From contig JAHLWZ010000187.1 in assembly GCA_020536535.1 (NCBI GenBank), positions 62,001 through 126,000 of the forward strand: a stretch of DNA of 64,000 nt, read 5' to 3'. Origin of the DNA: Pelomyxa schiedti. Lineage: Eukaryota; Protista; Evosea. Position 1 is the stretch's first letter. Each line of letters opens with the position of its first letter. The position numbers were made by a program, and so were the translations under genes. The notes under the pieces were generated by a model. It had not been told where the DNA came from and did no database searches. It saw only the letters and a list, made by a program, of their open reading frames with translations. This document shows positions 60,401 to 64,000 of this stretch, piece by piece.

Positions 60401-63400
60401 ATGACATGTCACCAGGAAACCCCAGTGGTCTAGTACTGGAGGGTACCTTGCAAGTCACTTGGAGAAAAATTGTACCAGATGTGCGTGCTGCTATTCGAAT
60501 GTCCAGTAGAGATGGAGTGATATCTGCCCTTGTAGATGGACTGAAGTACTGCCTCACCAACTTTTTTAATGTGTGCAAAGGGGCACTACAACGAGCTGAA
60601 GACGCAGTCTCAAAGTATGTGCCAAGATTTGTTCAGGGCCTTCTGAAAGGTGTTCTTTATGTAGCAAAGGCTGTTGTCAACGTAGTTGAGCAAGGTTTTG
60701 TTGCAGCCATTCTTAAACTTCTTAATGCCTGTGCGAAAGTATTGGATGTAAAATCACTGGAAGTATGTGGTGAAGTTTGTGGGGATGACAAATCAGTAGT
60801 CGTGATGGTTAAGTTTGAACTCATTGTTTTTGGGCATGTACTTCAAGGCTCAATTCAAGTGAACTTGAAAACTCTGATAATTGATCTTTGCAAAAAGGTC
60901 GGAGGATAAGCTTCCCTTGTTTACCTTCTCACTTGAGTACAGGTACTTCAAAATATAGTTTTATGGTGGAAGGACAAAAATGCTTCCGAGCCCGTTGAGA
61001 AGTCAGAAGTACCTGATGACGATTGGTACAGAAAGGAATGCTTCTTTAGTGACGAGGATGAAGAACTTAATGTCACGAGTACAACTTGTGAAGATGCAGC
61101 GTACAAAACTGTAGCCTTGCCTCCTTGTAGTGAGTATATCGGCAGTCCCGATGACGATGAGTCAACGATACAGTTGAACAGCCTTATCAATGATGTATCT
61201 CGTAAAGTTGATCTATCTAGTAGCATGCCCCCAGAGGATGCCCTTGATCTCACAACTGCAAGTCTGAGTGACCCAATGCTCTCCGAGGTACCTTGCATAA
61301 CAAAACCCCCCATCAAGTGCTCCTTATGCAGTGAGTTGGTTCCAACATGCATTTTTAGCAAGCACATGAGGATTTGTCGTCTTACTGAATCACCATGCCT
61401 CAAGTGTGGTGAGAAAGTTAGGCTTGCCAACAAAGAAAGGCACGATACCGTGGATTGCCCCAAAAAGGTTCTCATCCCTAGGCACTGTGAGTACTGTTCA
61501 GAGAAAGTTGCTGATGGCTCAAAGATGCATGAGCACTACAGCCAGTTCTGTGAGGGTGATTGGACTTGCCCCAAGTGTGAAAAGCCAATGCGCCGGAAAG
61601 CTATAGTCATGCACTTCTTAACTTCTGATGTATCTGTGAAGTGTTCAAATGGCGGACCAGATGATATTTGCTCAAAATGCAACTGCTACAAAGAAAGTCC
61701 ACATGATTGTAGTGTAGATAAGTTCTGCCCGTACTGTGAAGAAAATCAAAGCACTACAAACCACATCTGCGGTGCGGCAGAGGAATGTGCTTTTTGCCAT
61801 ATACTATTTCCGCGAGATTTAGGAGAGGATCATAAGGAAAGAGATTGCACGGGTGAAGTGTCATGTTCATACTGTGGAGAGCTCTTGCCGGCATCCAAAG
61901 AGCCTGCTCGGGTGAAAAGAAGCCAGCACTTTGCTGCATGCAAAGATGCTCCTGCTGTGTGCTTCTACTGCACTCAGCTTTTCCACCGCTCAGTAATATC
62001 CAAGCACATGGAAAACTGCAAGGACAGGTTTAAAAAGTGCACAGCAAGAGGGTGTACCAAGAAAATTGAAAGTGAGGTTTACAATTCCGCCTATGACTAT
62101 GGACAGTGCCCTTGTTGCCTGGAACATTTTACCTCCCACTGGGAGCTCAGGGAGCACCTAAAGCATTCGTGTGCAAAATTTTGTTTACAGTGCCGCTGTG
62201 GGGCCAAGTTCTTGCGGACACACATGACTGGACATCTAAAGTCGTGTGCAACATTCGAAGTTTCTTGTGGTGTTTGTAATCTGACCAACTTATCCCTGAG
62301 GGCTCTCTGTAAACACCTTTCCTCAACGTCATGTGCACTTCCCCTTCCGTGCCCGCTTTGCCGGGGTCCAGCTTGCTTTAGTGAACCAGACATTACTTCT
62401 CACCTATGGAAATGTACTGCAGAAACAAAGTGTCCTTTTTGCCCCACCAGCACGTTATTGTGTGACCGGGCTAACCATCTGCAGTTTGAATGCGAGTTGT
62501 TTGAGGTTTTCTGTTTTTTTTGCCAGCGTAGAATGCCTATGAGGAAGCTATATAATCACTTGCACTGCTGTCCATGTATCAAGCGCTATTGTATTTTTGA
62601 CACTTGCACAGCAGCAAGAATGACCCTCACTGAACTTGAAATTCACTTAGACACTAGGTGCCCATACTTTTTTGTCTCCTGCATGGAATGCAATGCACCC
62701 ATTTTGAAGAAGGATGAGGAAGCCCATTTGATTCAACATAGAATCCTCCGGGTTCAAAAACTCCCTCCTGACAGTTTTCTTACATCAACAACTCATGGAA
62801 ATAACCTTCAACGCCTTCTGCCAATTGAAAAGAAATTCCTGATTTCAAAGGGAAAGACAGCAACCAGACGTCAGAACCGTCTACACAAGATTGCTCTGGT
62901 GAATTTCTTATCTGAAGAAATGCTTCAACAAGACGAAGGTATCAATCTTGTTCAGTGTCCCAAGTGTAGTGAAACAATGGGGTACTCCGATTTACCTGTG
63001 CATCTGAGTTGCTATTGCCCCCGCAATCTGGAGAAATGCCCGCGGCAGTGTGGCTACACAGGGCCTGCAAGCAACATAATCCAGCACCTAACTAAACAGT
63101 GCTACCTTTCACCAGGAAGGTGCATCCGTGGAGATAAGTGCACACTGCAGGTGCACTTTCGTGTCCCACCTGAGGAGGCACGTCTATTATATCCAGATGA
63201 ACCAGGTACTGAAATTCACAAACCAGGTATTTTCCAGTATGTTGTGGAGCGCATCATCCCAGAAAATTCCAGGCGCCTTTCAGGTATTGATCCCGAGGAG
63301 GCACTGTACACGACACTGTGTTCCAGGTCGGTGGAGAATGGAGCCCCTTCGTGTATTCATAAGCGCGACGAAACAAGGCATGCTATATTCTGCTTCAATG

Positions 63401-64000
63401 GAATCCAGGAGTGCATATTTTGTCATTGCCCGACCAGTGATTTGTCCCAACATATTCTTGATTGTACTGAGGCCCGCCGGCCAATCGAGTGCGATTTCTG
63501 CTCGGTCAGAGTCCCTGTCGTTGAAATGCCTGAGCACTGGCTATACAGTTGTGGGGGAAAAAACTTCCTAGTCACCTGTCAGGATTGTGGTGCCCGAGTG
63601 CCGTTTCGTTCGTTAGAGGCTCACCATCTTTGCTCTTGTCCTAAATCTAGCTTACAGTGTCACTTGTGCGGGAAGCACTTCAATACAGAAAAGTACCCCA
63701 GGCACATGCTGAAGAAGTGTAACGGATCCCTTTTCACTGTGAAATGTGGGTTGTGCTCGCAGTGCTGTACCACAGGCGAGCTGCTGAATGGAACTCATTA
63801 TGCCACCAAGTGCTCAAACTGCAGTTGGAGGTGCCCCCTTGGTGCTGCGGATGAAATAGAAACAAATGCATGCCGCAAGGAAGTACCACTTTGCAAACTC
63901 GAGAAGCACTTGATCCCTGACATAGGGGGTGACCTCTGCAAATCCTGTAAATTGCCTTGCCCCAAGTATCCAGCATGCAAAGCAATGGTATTGAGAAGGG
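57473..64000 (+). CDS. >2100-aa protein: ~1100-aa beta-rich N-terminal region + ~25 tandem TRAF-type (CxxC..H..C) zinc fingers; 3' truncated by the window
   Basis: ATG G|intron 57477-57571|exon to 60897|45-nt intron 60898-60942|exon 60943-64000. I read the last exon codon by codon and found no stop (1019 codons). Confidence 0.8.

Noticed and set aside
60948-63985. Short ORFs listed in the last 3 kb
   Set aside because: All are off-frame or antisense to the continuous zinc-finger exon in frame +1.
1-64000. Prokaryotic operon, CRISPR, defence island or transposon interpretation
   Set aside because: Genes are split by spliceosomal introns and are eukaryote-specific (importin-alpha, Aurora, Arf, HPS1, Timeless). 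I saw no repeat-spacer array, transposase or terminal repeats.

Overview
This window is eukaryotic DNA, not prokaryotic. It is a compact, gene-dense protist locus read with the standard genetic code, with about 24 protein-coding genes split by many short GT-AG introns (mostly 40-70 nt). The supplied ORF track therefore shows exon fragments and antisense noise. I assembled the gene models by hand-splicing, so exon boundaries are approximate. The gene content and expanded degenerate ankyrin-like genes suggest a free-living amoebozoan such as an archamoeba (e.g. Pelomyxa); this is inference only. Gene order: bacterial-type Gln-dependent NAD synthetase (3' part), importin-alpha, TauE/SafE exporter, C1-DH-beta-propeller RhoGEF, Aurora kinase, Arf GTPase (spans a 100-N gap), membrane-anchored M11 metalloprotease, Spinster MFS transporter, C2 + 3x calpain-III protein, two ankyrin-type proteins, BRCT-PARP, tail-anchored pseudo-USP, HPS1, BTB + ~1000-aa pentapeptide protein, C1orf109-like protein, F-box-cyclin fusion, PP1 inhibitor-3, YccU-like CoA-binding protein, Timeless, EH-domain protein, a coiled-coil hypothetical protein, and a >2100-aa protein. 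The last exon of that final gene is absent from the ORF track because it runs off the window; it encodes about 25 tandem TRAF-type zinc fingers. The main non-coding oddity is an array of three related hairpins between Aurora and Arf. I found no tRNA, rRNA, CRISPR array or transposon.
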